Shown one piece after another: positions 16,544-26,949 of a stretch of DNA of 31,693 nucleotides (its first letter is position 1; each line of letters opens with the position of its first letter). The position numbers and the translations under genes are program-made. Below the pieces are notes generated by a model. It was given only the letters and a program-made list of their open reading frames with translations, did not search any database and was not told the origin of the DNA. The stretch covers positions 1 through 31,693 of the IMG/VR virus record IMGVR_UViG_3300020045_002481; one strand, given 5' to 3'. This DNA comes from a virus (lineage: Duplodnaviria; Caudoviricetes).

Positions 16544-17536
16544 ATGTTAAACAAACACAAGTACTGGAAAAGCACACTCGGAGTGTTCGCTGACGTACTT
16601 ATCGCTAAGCAGGTAGATTACTCCGGAACAGGAGCAGCCACCGGCGTAACTGATTTTCCAACATTCGTTTCTACAGCCGTGGAAGGTGAATTCGCTTTCT
16701 TCAATGCTGATACAATGGCACTGGTAGCCGGTACTACTTCAGGTTCTCCTGCTGTTGTTACCCCCAGCGGAACTACTGTATGGTTATTTGGTGCAGTGAA
16801 GCGTGATGGTTGCATTGAACGTACCCGCAAGTTTCGTCTGTCTGATTTCTCTGCTAAACGTGTTGCTTACGCAGCAGGCGTTGCCCAGATTTCAAAAGCT
16901 GTTTTCTCAGGCACAGCAGTTGCCGGTGAATACTACAGTGTGAAAGTAATTGAAACAACTCCTGGTTACCAGCAGTTCCCTACCTGGGAATATGGTGTTA
17001 CCGTTCTTACAGGTGAGTCTTTGGCTACAGCTCTTGGCAGATTGGTTGCCCTTATCAATGATAAGACCAACGTGATCAACAAGAATACTGACAGCATTGT
17101 AACCGCCAGTTTGAGCACTACCACTATCAGTTTAACTGCTGTAGGTGTAGGCATCACTTTCCGGTTGGCATTCAGCGCACAGGCTATCAGCACTGTAGCA
17201 GCTACTGCAACCTATACCGGATCTGGTACAGCCAATGCCTTCTGGGGTAATGGTACCTACGATCAGGTAGCTGAATTGGAATTTGAAAGCAACGTGTACA
17301 AGGGTGTTACCACTCAGTACCCTAACCAGGGAACTACGCCTGCTGACTTTGGACAGCCAACAGCGTTTGCTACTTCAGGAGCTCAGTACAGTGTGTACAT
17401 TCTTGAGGGAAATGCTTTTGAAGCTTCTCCTACTCCGGTAGAGCGTCACGTACAACCAGTGATCATTGTGTTGGCTATTCCATCCAATGGCTCTGCTAAC
17501 GCTGAAGCTGAAGTGAAGGGAATACTTGGACTTTAA
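16544..17536 (+). CDS. Virion structural protein, probably auxiliary capsid protein
   Basis: 330 aa, Ala/Thr/Gly-rich beta character, own terminator, crAss-like synteny. Confidence 0.55.
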   Translation: MLNKHKYWKSTLGVFADVLIAKQVDYSGTGAATGVTDFPTFVSTAVEGEFAFFNADTMALVAGTTSGSPAVVTPSGTTVWLFGAVKRDGCIERTRKFRLSDFSAKRVAYAAGVAQISKAVFSGTAVAGEYYSVKVIETTPGYQQFPTWEYGVTVLTGESLATALGRLVALINDKTNVINKNTDSIVTASLSTTTISLTAVGVGITFRLAFSAQAISTVAATATYTGSGTANAFWGNGTYDQVAELEFESNVYKGVTTQYPNQGTTPADFGQPTAFATSGAQYSVYILEGNAFEASPTPVERHVQPVIIVLAIPSNGSANAEAEVKGILGL

Positions 17537-17570
17537 GATTTTCTCATAATAAGCAGTTAGTTTTGGTAAC

Positions 17571-17597
17571 GGCCCCGGTTTTTACCGGGGCTTTTTT
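17571..17597 (+). terminator. Intrinsic terminator
   Basis: GGCCCCGGT-TTTT-ACCGGGGCT followed by a T run. Confidence 0.85.
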
Positions 17598-17633
17598 CAT
17601 ACATTGCAGCTGCGTCTAATCTAACCATACCCA

Positions 17634-18275
17634 ATGAGTCCCAACGAGATTACAACGCTGTTAGCCTCCAACTTTGAAAGAGAGTTGGATATTCCATTCA
17701 GGCTTCAACTCATGGAAAGAGTGAAGTACTGGAGAAGCAGGTTAATAGCGAACTCCTTACAAAAAGAGCCCGGCCAGCGTAAATTCTTCCGTCAAACCTT
17801 GTACGTGAAGATGACCACTGCATTTGCAGCAGACTGTGTTGCCGGCATCGGGGAACAACAATCCATTTCAGTTGAATCTATTCCATTATTGATACGTGCG
17901 GGTACCACCTTGTTTGATTACGTAGGTGGTATTGATGGTAAGAGTCCATTCAGGGAACTTACTCCCGGCACTGCCAATTACCTATCCGGTGGTCACTTCT
18001 CCCACATGTTTCCTGCCTATGAGTACAGCGATAAGCTGAGAGTAGACAAGACAGGCATCCCCGTGGTAAGGATTGATGGAATCTTTGATGACCCTCTTCT
18101 TGCCCAGCAGATGAACTGTGCATGTATGGGAACAGTAGACTGTGATACCTGGGATATGGAGTTTCCCTGTAGCGGAGACATCTTACAGCTGATCATTCAG
18201 TCTATTCTGCAAGTAGACTACAACCGCAGGGATGAGAAACCTACGGAACAAATACCTGTAAACACCAACACATAA
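17634..18275 (+). CDS. Tail ring protein (crAss-like)
   Basis: VRIDGIFDDP...DMEFPC motif and synteny. Confidence 0.6.
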   Translation: MSPNEITTLLASNFERELDIPFRLQLMERVKYWRSRLIANSLQKEPGQRKFFRQTLYVKMTTAFAADCVAGIGEQQSISVESIPLLIRAGTTLFDYVGGIDGKSPFRELTPGTANYLSGGHFSHMFPAYEYSDKLRVDKTGIPVVRIDGIFDDPLLAQQMNCACMGTVDCDTWDMEFPCSGDILQLIIQSILQVDYNRRDEKPTEQIPVNTNT

Positions 18276-18276
18276 T

Positions 18277-18903
18277 ATGGCCAAACCAATTCAGCGACCT
18301 CAGCAATACAGCATTAAACATGTATATGAAGCGTACGCACAAAAACTGCTTGCAGCACACCCAACATGGTGGGGCAAGTACGAGAAAAGGGTAAAGCGCA
18401 AAAACTGTAACATCTACTCTAAAGAAGAGAGTGGAAAGATTATACTACGGATGAGCTGGTTCATCTGGAAGGAAGTTATTGAAAGCTATTTCTTCAAAGC
18501 AAAGAATGCAATCATTGAAGGGGAAACACTCCGGCTGGGAGCCAACCTCGGGAAGATCCGGGGAGCCCGCATTCAACGGGACTTTACCAAACCCCTGGTT
18601 AACTGGCATGAGACTTTTACCAGTGGATTGAAGAATGAAGATGGAAGTCTGATTAAGATTTACCACACGGAAGATGACTACTGCAGAATTGAATGGGTGA
18701 AGTTCGGGATGATACCCAATGAAACCAATTACTACTTTCAACCTGCTGGAAAGAATATGATTACGAAGAAGGGATTCAAGGCTGAGTTCTCACGGGCGCT
18801 GACTGATGATCCTCTGTTGAAATTTAAATTCAAATACTACCCAATTATTAAAAGAGCATGCAATACTCCTATACCTCCCTCAAGTCCGTTATCGGAAATG
18901 TAA
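18277..18903 (+). CDS. IHF-like protein of the crAss tail module
   Basis: AIIEGETLRLGANLGKI and IYHTEDDYCRIEW; usual position before the tail tubular gene. Confidence 0.6.
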   Translation: MAKPIQRPQQYSIKHVYEAYAQKLLAAHPTWWGKYEKRVKRKNCNIYSKEESGKIILRMSWFIWKEVIESYFFKAKNAIIEGETLRLGANLGKIRGARIQRDFTKPLVNWHETFTSGLKNEDGSLIKIYHTEDDYCRIEWVKFGMIPNETNYYFQPAGKNMITKKGFKAEFSRALTDDPLLKFKFKYYPIIKRACNTPIPPSSPLSEM

Positions 18904-19637
18904 TACGGAACACCCGTATTCAGGATGGCTCCTTTATAGCTGACATCCATGAATGGCTGTATGAAGCCATGGAACAGCTGGAAACAGAGTTTAGCCTGGA
19001 AGGAAAATTTGAAGTATTGAACATGAGTTTTCATAAAGCTAAACTCCCCTGCGGCCTGAAGTATATTGATGCCATTGAGTACAATGGAAGAAGACTGAAG
19101 GAAGGCGGGGGAGTCAGGCCGGCAAGCCAATCCACTGTACCTGTAAACTATACCGAAGATGCATTCCAAACCAAGATTGGTGTACAGGATTTCAACGGGC
19201 ATACGCTCTACACTGCTACACTTGATAAGGTCAGTAAACTTGCCGGTAGCAGCAGCTACGAGTATTACTATACTGATATGGGTCATATTAATACTTCTTT
19301 TTCTGATGGTCCGCTTACAGTTTACTACCGTGGGATAGCCACAGATGAAGATGGATTCCCAATGATCCCTGACAATCAGAACTACAAGCAGGCGCTCTAC
19401 TGGTACTGCCGGGGAATGATGATTGGCGCAGGATGGAAAGACACTGTATTCAACTACCAGTATTGTACCAGTCAGTTTGAGTTCTTTGCCGGACGGGCAC
19501 TCGGAGAGATCAGAATGCCTTCTCCTGAGCAGATGGAACACCGCATCAACACATTCGTCCGGTTCATCCCTTACTCAGGGTACTACGATAACTTCTTTCA
19601 AACCAGCAGACCGGAGGGTTCATTTATCAAGCCATGA
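18858..19637 (+). CDS. Tail tubular / ring protein
   Basis: YTSLKSVI..., FHKAKLPC, INTSF and DEDGFPMIPD...ALYWY. Confidence 0.72.
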   Translation: MQYSYTSLKSVIGNVIRNTRIQDGSFIADIHEWLYEAMEQLETEFSLEGKFEVLNMSFHKAKLPCGLKYIDAIEYNGRRLKEGGGVRPASQSTVPVNYTEDAFQTKIGVQDFNGHTLYTATLDKVSKLAGSSSYEYYYTDMGHINTSFSDGPLTVYYRGIATDEDGFPMIPDNQNYKQALYWYCRGMMIGAGWKDTVFNYQYCTSQFEFFAGRALGEIRMPSPEQMEHRINTFVRFIPYSGYYDNFFQTSRPEGSFIKP

Positions 19638-22600
19638 AGAAATTCAATAAACTAAGCAGGAATACCCGGCCACAGGAACAACCTGAAGGAACCTACGGGC
19701 ATGGTAAGAATGGCGTACAGGATTATGTACAGGGGGCTATTATCAATGAACCTGGTTTCCTGCCATCGTCTGCTGTAATCCCATACCAGCCTATTGGCCT
19801 CATTGAGACTGATAAGTTCCCGATCATCTTCAGCAGTGACAATACGAACAGTGCCATTGGCTACTTTGATGTGGAGAATGATGTGTACACGCCTTGTTTG
19901 GATGATGCTACCTTACCATTCAAACTCCCGTTTGATACCAGCTACTATATTACAGGACAGGCCCAGAGGAACTACAAGGGAGAGATGGTCTGCGCCTTCA
20001 CTGACAAGCAGGCAGTTCCTTTCTATGTGAACCTGGATGTACCCAATGCCAACACACTCAATGACATCAAGCTATTCCCCAATGCATTACCAGCAGACAT
20101 CAGCGTTAAGGTTGAGTCTGGTGGAATACTTTCACCGGGAGCTTATTATGTAGCCCTTAAGTACACTAAGACAGATGGTACTGAGAGTGGCTTTGTAGCC
20201 GTGAGTGCTCCGGTAACTATCAGTGGAGCTGTCGGCACTGCCACAGATAAGGCACTTGAAATTACCCTTACCAATATTGATACTGACTATGATAATGTAC
20301 AGATAGCCATTGTATCAAAAGTAAACGGTATCATGTCTGCTGTGCAGTACCTGAACCCCATACGGGCCAGCAATGATGCTACCATCGTGTACTCGGGTAC
20401 AGAGCTCACAGAGACTATTACATTGGAAGAAATACTCACTCCACGTAAGGTGTACACCAAGGTGGGTAGTATGGGACAGCTCAATGACAGTCTTTACATT
20501 GTTGATCTTGAGACAGCCCCACGCATTAAGATGCAGAAGTGGGCCAACCTGGTTAAACTTCAGTGGCATAGTAAACTCATTTCAGTTGATCCTGTGTATG
20601 AACCAATGACTACCGGCAAAGAGAAGAGTCACATGCACGGAGAAGTGTATGCTTTCTACTTGAGGTACAAGTTAAAAGACGGGACTACTACAAACTCCTT
20701 TCCCATTCCCGGAGAAGCATTGACCATTGGAGACATAGCATCCTCAACTCCTGCAACAGCAGAGGGATTGGTTGCTTTTAAATACCAGGTGGAAGATACC
20801 ATACCTTCATTCGATCTGGGTACCAAATCAGGTAGCTTTGGGAAATGGGAGAACTCCAGTGAAACCTATCCTGACACAGCAGACTTCGACTCCACATCTG
20901 TAGGAGGAGAAAATCTTCGGGGAGAAAAGGTAAGACACTTCCGGTTCCCATCCATTCAATGGTGTAAGACGAACCTGTACGCAGGAGAACCTAACTATGG
21001 CCGCAATAGCTTAGACATGCTGGGAGTTAGCGTAGAGAATGTAATCATTCCTGCTGAGTATGCAGATCAGATCATTGGCTGGGAAGTATTCTATGCTAAG
21101 CGCAACGTGGCCAACTCTACCATCATTGGACAGAGTCTTCTGCTGTATGGTGGAAGGAACAGGCTCGAGACTGCACTCTCTCCAAGCAACTACTACTCCT
21201 CAGGAGGCAACTGGCATTCATTCATTGACTTTAAGACAGGGACCAATCAACCTATCTATTTGGACCAGTCTATCTACCACTTCCACAGTTTTGATATGCT
21301 GCTCAACCGACCTGCTGTGTCTCCGGACTACATGAGTCTACAGCTGAGGCATAAGCGCAATGATCTTGCCGGCACCGGAGCTTACATTGAAGATCAGGCA
21401 GTGAACGGAGAAAACAACGGACCCATTACATTGAACCTGGATTATCTGCAGTATGGAATATCTCCTACTGTTCCTGCCAAGACTATCAAGGCAGTGAGGG
21501 ATAGTCTATATGTTCCCAATAACATTGACCTCGGCGGTAAGTGGCACAATCTGCTTATTGAGGGATTCTTCGGTGGTAAGTTCAAGAACCCTGAAGCATT
21601 GATCTCAGCAGGTGACATCACCGGAGTGGATGTGCAACCCGGCAGCAGAAAGACATACACTCCTAAGGAGAAGATACCTAAAGCAGAGCATACTTTCCTG
21701 GCCAACCTGATGAGTCTCAAGCAGCAGTTGTTTGTACCCTTCGTTAGTCAAAGCCTTGTACGGGAAGGAAGTTCTAATACAGTGGCCAATGCTACCATCT
21801 TCTTTGGAGGAGATGTGTACATCTCAGACTATACCTTCCATACTTATGGTAACTGGACACATAACGGAACTCCTGGCTTTGACCTTGATCCCTTCCAGGG
21901 AACCAAGGTAGCCCGCAGATTCGTATGTGAGACAGCCGCTAACTTATATGAACGCTATGAGGACCTGACCAACATCTACAGCAGGTACTACCCTAAGAGT
22001 AGCATGGTTGCCCAGGATACCCAGAACTATCTGACCAACTTCATGCGTACCAGTGATCCCAATCAGTTTGGCTACCGTAAGGATAGCAATGCACTGGACG
22101 ATCTATTCTCAGCAGACATCTACAATACGTTTGCTGAAGACCTGACTGTTCACCCATACCGAATACACCGTGGAGGCAAGCTAAGCAGACAGACCAAGAT
22201 GAGAAGCTGGAGAACATTCCTGCCACTGGATTACTATGAGCTGCAGAAGAACATGGGTAAGCCGGTACACATTGAAGGCATGGATGACAGACTATTGATA
22301 CACTGTGAGAATGCATTGTTCCTGACACAGGATAAAACCAAACTGGAGAGTGACATCATCTCGGTTACACTGGGAAGTGGAGACATTTTCCAGTTTCAAC
22401 CACAGGAAGCTATGAGCTCCAAGCTTGGCTATGCCGGTACCCAACATGACCTGGCTTGTATCCGTACACCGTTTGGCTACGCTTTCATTGACAATAAAGA
22501 AGGACAGATATACCTCTACAAAGGGGAATTGAAACTACTCAATGAGGATATGAATACCTTCTTTCGGGAGTACCTGAAGATGAAGGAGAAGAATCCATTC

Positions 22601-23910
22601 ATCGGCAATGGCTATACTCTTGGGTACGACCCACAGTATAAACGCCTGCTGCTGACCATGAGGGATAAGCAGGTGACTGATTTATCAGGGACACTGCCGG
22701 TGTATGATCAGGCCAATATCCTCACTTACACAGCAGGAGATCTGCTGCTCAAGGATGGCAGAGTAGTTGAGTTCCTGGGAGTAAACGATAGCATCTACGC
22801 TTGTACACCTACACTGGTTCCTACAGCAAATAATCTGACTATTACCATCCCTGAAGATACTGCCATTGGAACCATTGTAGGAACCCTTACCGGAACCAAC
22901 ATCAGTGAATACTACATTGCCGGCAGCTCATTCCCATTCTATGTGAATGCTACCACCGGGGAAGTAAAGCTGATAGGCCCACTCAATTACTATGTCACCA
23001 GCCTGTACTCATTCGGAGGACAAGGGTACACAGTCGAGGGAGCAGCAGATGTCTTCACCCTTACCATTAACATAACAGAAGTGAACAGGGCTCCCATTCT
23101 GCTCAATGCAGAAGTAACCATTGATGACACTGCATTAGACAGCAGTCTGGTTATCGACCTGCTGGCTACTGACAGAGAAGGTGATACCATTACCTACTCC
23201 ATCATATCCGGTAATACCGGCGGAGCATTTGCAATAGATACAGCCACAGGAGAAGTAACGGTAGATGACGCTACTCAACTGGATGGTACCAGCATGCCTG
23301 TGTACAACCTGGTCATTGGCGTAACGGACGGAGCAAAGTCTTCTACCGGAACACTGACAGTATTTGTCACCCATGTAAACAAGGCTCCGGTGACAACCAA
23401 CCTGACAATTACAATCCCTGATACAACTCCATCTGATACAGTAGTGGTTACAATCCCGCCTGCTGTAGATGTGGAAGGGGATGCACTTACATACACACTT
23501 ATCAGCCAGAGTGTACCTGGAATCTTCAGCTTTGATCCAATTACCCGAGAAGTCACCTTGATACTCAACAGCAGTCTGAACCCTGTCATTGTACCTCAGT
23601 ACCAACTTGCTATGAGTGTAAGTGATGGGTTCCATTCCCCTGTATTATTCACCGTGTACATCAATGTAGAATACGCCCGAAGTAGTCTGTCCTTTGTGCC
23701 GGCTGTACCAAGCTGTGCAGGTGGAACTCCTACTTGTCCAGCAGGTTATACATTGAGCCCTGACAATACAGTCTGTGTGAAAGAAACTACCACTGCTCCT
23801 ACCATCATCAGTAGCGGAGGTTGCCTGGCTGCAAGCCCTAACGGAGCCTACGGATCTTACTTTGCACGTATCTATAAACCTGGATTCAACAATACTTCCA
23901 TTGGACTCTA
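19634..23910 (+). CDS. Tail stabilisation / muzzle protein with three cadherin repeats, truncated at the junction (ORF reads on to 24100 through foreign antisense DNA)
   Basis: KVRHFRFP, FFGGDVYI, SWRTFLPLDY, GYAGTQH and GYDPQYKRLLLT; cadherin motifs at 22820-23671. Confidence 0.8.
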
Positions 23911-24654
23911 TGTAGCGCCAACACCGGAAGTGTTACCAATACGATCTTTAGCAAGTTGGGTAGCCTCCTCTGGACTCATGTCTTTCCAGTTTTTACCCTG
24001 CGCCCAACCAAGGGTTTCTTTGGTTTGGTTCTCGGCTTTATCCTGCTCTGAGCTTCCCTTAGCAGTAACAGGTGGAGTTACTTTCTCTCCTGTAGCCTGA
24101 GGGGCCTGAGCTTCCTGTTGAGGGGAGTAGCCGGGAGGAATTGGAGTAAGAGGTTTGCCATTCATAAACAGAATGGACATAGGGGCACCTGCGGCGTTAA
24201 CGTAGGTTTTGGTTTCCATTCCTTGGCCAGTAAGAGCAGACTGCGGAAGCGAGTTGGGATCAGTTCCCGGAACGATACCACCTTCAGCCATTTCAGGAGT
24301 CTCTTCATCGTCAATAGCCATAAGCTCTTCGTCGCTGAAAGGCAGTTCATCATCGTCTTCTTCCTCAGTGTCACCACCAATACGTCCACCAGCATCCATT
24401 TCAGCTAGCTTCATCTTGGCTTTCTCACGAAGTCCTTCAAAGAATTTGACTCCGTAGAAGCGAAGAACGTCAGCAGGAACCACATACTCTCCACCCGAGA
24501 GTTTAGCGTCCACATCATCACGCACTTCTTCAGGCAAAGCACCCGGAGGAACATCGTTACCGCTTACCGGATCGACTTCACCGCCTTCAGCAAAAGAGCG
24601 CATTTCAGCGGGAGACTTCTGGACCCCAGCAAGGTTCATGTTATTTGCGGCCAT
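23908..24654 (-). CDS. Podovirus virion-associated protein, probably 3'-truncated at the junction
   Basis: DPVSGNDVPPGALPEEVRDDVDAKLSGGEYVVPADV and [FM]AEGG repeats, recalled from genes downstream of the portal in HMO-2011-like phages. Confidence 0.65.
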   Translation of the reverse strand: MAANNMNLAGVQKSPAEMRSFAEGGEVDPVSGNDVPPGALPEEVRDDVDAKLSGGEYVVPADVLRFYGVKFFEGLREKAKMKLAEMDAGGRIGGDTEEEDDDELPFSDEELMAIDDEETPEMAEGGIVPGTDPNSLPQSALTGQGMETKTYVNAAGAPMSILFMNGKPLTPIPPGYSPQQEAQAPQATGEKVTPPVTAKGSSEQDKAENQTKETLGWAQGKNWKDMSPEEATQLAKDRIGNTSGVGAT

Positions 24655-24835
24655 TAACGTTCTCTCTCAATTTTTTTAGACGACGAAGGATGCTGATTGC
24701 TCCTTGGTGTTGATACATTTTGTTTAGGTCAACTGCACGTTCCAGTGAGTTGCGTTCCATTTCCAGCAAGTCATCAAACTCTTTCAAGAGAGCTTGCCAC
24801 AGGTCATGGTTATTCACGATCTGTTTGATAGACAT
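24641..24835 (-). CDS. Small conserved protein downstream of portal
   Basis: 64 aa with MYQHQGAISILRRLKKLRE; overlaps both neighbours. Confidence 0.7.
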   Translation of the reverse strand: MSIKQIVNNHDLWQALLKEFDDLLEMERNSLERAVDLNKMYQHQGAISILRRLKKLRENVNGRK

Positions 24836-26946
24836 TAAACCTGTCCCTCACCAGTGTTGGCTGAGAAGCCCGGAGTGCCGGGTGTAGGGGCCTGTCCAGT
24901 TCCAATGGTACCACCCCCTGCGCCAGTAGGATCAATGCCCCCCGGAGCCGCCCCTGAAGCTGGTGGAGCCATACCTTCTGGCGGTGGAGGAAGTTGAGCT
25001 TGCATCTGCTTGAGAATCTCAGCTTGGATAGCCGCAGCACCCATAGAGTTAGCTACCTTGTCAGGATCAAGCTCCATCGACTTGGCAATCTCACGAATGA
25101 TGTAGTCCATCTTGGCAAACGGGGCCAAGACAGGGTTTTGAACAACAGACAAGAACTGCATCAGACGTTGACTACGAACTTCATTAGCCATCAACGACTC
25201 AGTAGCACCAGCTTTGACTTCAAGATCACCCTTGATTTCTGGGTCATAGTCAAACTGCATGTTGAACTGGAAGAGGGCCTTTCCGATAGGCGCAAGCAGG
25301 TAGTCGTCAAAGTTCTTGATGACCGTTCTGATGGCCCCGTTAGCTGCCGACATGAGCATCGAAATGCCCGAGGCAGTACGACCAACCCCAGTTACCCCTG
25401 TTTGTCCGTGTGCGAACGAGGGGAACCCTGTAGACTCGTCAGCTAGTTGCCTAGCCTTATCAAACATCTGCATATTCTGGTTCGAGACGTTTGGAAACTC
25501 TGTGCCAAAGATAGCCTGACCGGGAGCGCCTTGCGCCCTACGGAAGACTTTCCCCGGATAGATGGACAGGTCTTGTCCCGGAACCAAAGCATCTTCGTCA
25601 ATCTCAATCAAGAGGTTGCCCGAGAGAGCAGCGTTGTCGATAGCCATACGCATAAAACCATTCATCAAGGTTTGCGTATCATCCATGTTGTCTGCAACAC
25701 CAATACCCCAGAAGCTGTAAGGATTGACTTCGTAAGGGACAGCGTAGTAAGGAATGTAGGAAGGTTTGTAGGGGTTGATAACCAGACGAAGGACTTCGCT
25801 ATTGCAAACCCAGACGTTCACAGAGACTTGCTCTGCGTCATCAAACTCAGTAGGGATTTTAACTCCAAAGTCTTTGACTTTATCGGTATCCAGATACCCC
25901 CAGAACTCAAGAACCTCGTAACGCTCGCTATGATCGTTAGTCTGGCTCTCTTCCATAGCCTGTTCCCACCACTTCTTGATGTAGTTTTCACCACCAACAA
26001 TAGCAGCATTAATAGCTTCAGGACGGAAGAATGGACGCTTCTTCAGCGCACGGAGTTGAGAACGAGAGAGTTTATGACGCTCAATCGTGTATTCGCACTC
26101 AGGAATAGTGAGAGCATCAGGGTCAGGGTAGAAGTTCCAAAGAGATACAGCCGAGATATTTGGAATCAGTTTAAACGTAGGCTTGTAGTCACCGCTATCA
26201 TCCCAGTTGGCATATTCTTTATTGTCCGCAAACGGACCCTTCATGATACCAGTACCAAAGAGGGAGCATTCAAAAGCAGTAGAACGAAGATAGACCTTAG
26301 CGTTGGATTCTTCCAACTGGTCATGAATCTTCTTCTCCATCTTCTTAGCTGCAACTTGGGCAGGGAAGAACGAGACGTCAGTAGGGCCTTTACCCGAGCC
26401 TTCTTTAAGCTTGTCAGCGACAGGCTCAAGCTCTTTGCTCATAGAGCCTACACGACGCATCAGGTCGGGCATAGTCTCGCCGGGAAGCAACTCAGGCAGG
26501 CCACCAGAAGCCATCTGCTTAGGGGCACCCGCAGCCATCGCAGGAGCACTAGCAGCACCAGCCTGAGTATCAAAATACACTTCTTCCGCTACACCCTCAG
26601 GAAGAGTGGTGGGGTTGATAGTGATAGGGAAGTTATTATTACCGAAGAGTACTTCGCAGATTTGACCGTAGGCAGCTTGTACCTTGGTCTTGGTCACCTT
26701 GATAAAGACACGCGACTTCTCAGTGTCCGTAAAGGCCATATCCGGGTCGTACATCCCACGGTAATTACGTTGAGCTTTCAACCAACGCTGCTCTTCCGAA
26801 TAGCGAGCATCTTCAGCTTCACGATACTTAGATTCAACAAAACGCCAGATAGACCCTACCTTGGGGTCAGTGAAGTCGCCCTTCTTTTTGTCTTCAATAC
26901 CGACAATGGTATTGTCATCCATTATCAAGCGATCATTTACTTCCAC
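24835..26946 (-). CDS. Portal protein (podovirus); start may be ATG at 26922
   Basis: EKSRVFIKVTKTKV, FGTGIMKGP, WNFYPDP and RTASGISML; adjacent to terL. Confidence 0.88.
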   Translation of the reverse strand: MEVNDRLIMDDNTIVGIEDKKKGDFTDPKVGSIWRFVESKYREAEDARYSEEQRWLKAQRNYRGMYDPDMAFTDTEKSRVFIKVTKTKVQAAYGQICEVLFGNNNFPITINPTTLPEGVAEEVYFDTQAGAASAPAMAAGAPKQMASGGLPELLPGETMPDLMRRVGSMSKELEPVADKLKEGSGKGPTDVSFFPAQVAAKKMEKKIHDQLEESNAKVYLRSTAFECSLFGTGIMKGPFADNKEYANWDDSGDYKPTFKLIPNISAVSLWNFYPDPDALTIPECEYTIERHKLSRSQLRALKKRPFFRPEAINAAIVGGENYIKKWWEQAMEESQTNDHSERYEVLEFWGYLDTDKVKDFGVKIPTEFDDAEQVSVNVWVCNSEVLRLVINPYKPSYIPYYAVPYEVNPYSFWGIGVADNMDDTQTLMNGFMRMAIDNAALSGNLLIEIDEDALVPGQDLSIYPGKVFRRAQGAPGQAIFGTEFPNVSNQNMQMFDKARQLADESTGFPSFAHGQTGVTGVGRTASGISMLMSAANGAIRTVIKNFDDYLLAPIGKALFQFNMQFDYDPEIKGDLEVKAGATESLMANEVRSQRLMQFLSVVQNPVLAPFAKMDYIIREIAKSMELDPDKVANSMGAAAIQAEILKQMQAQLPPPPEGMAPPASGAAPGGIDPTGAGGGTIGTGQAPTPGTPGFSANTGEGQV

Positions 26947-26949
26947 AGG

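Noticed and set aside
5050-23910. Stop-codon reassignment as seen in some crAss-like phages
   Set aside because: All long genes are intact in the standard code, TAG, TGA and TAA all end genes at sensible positions, and I saw no suppressor tRNA.
23911-24100. Last ~60 residues of the 1488-aa ORF
   Set aside because: Read-through into the antisense strand of the block B gene, not a real C-terminus.
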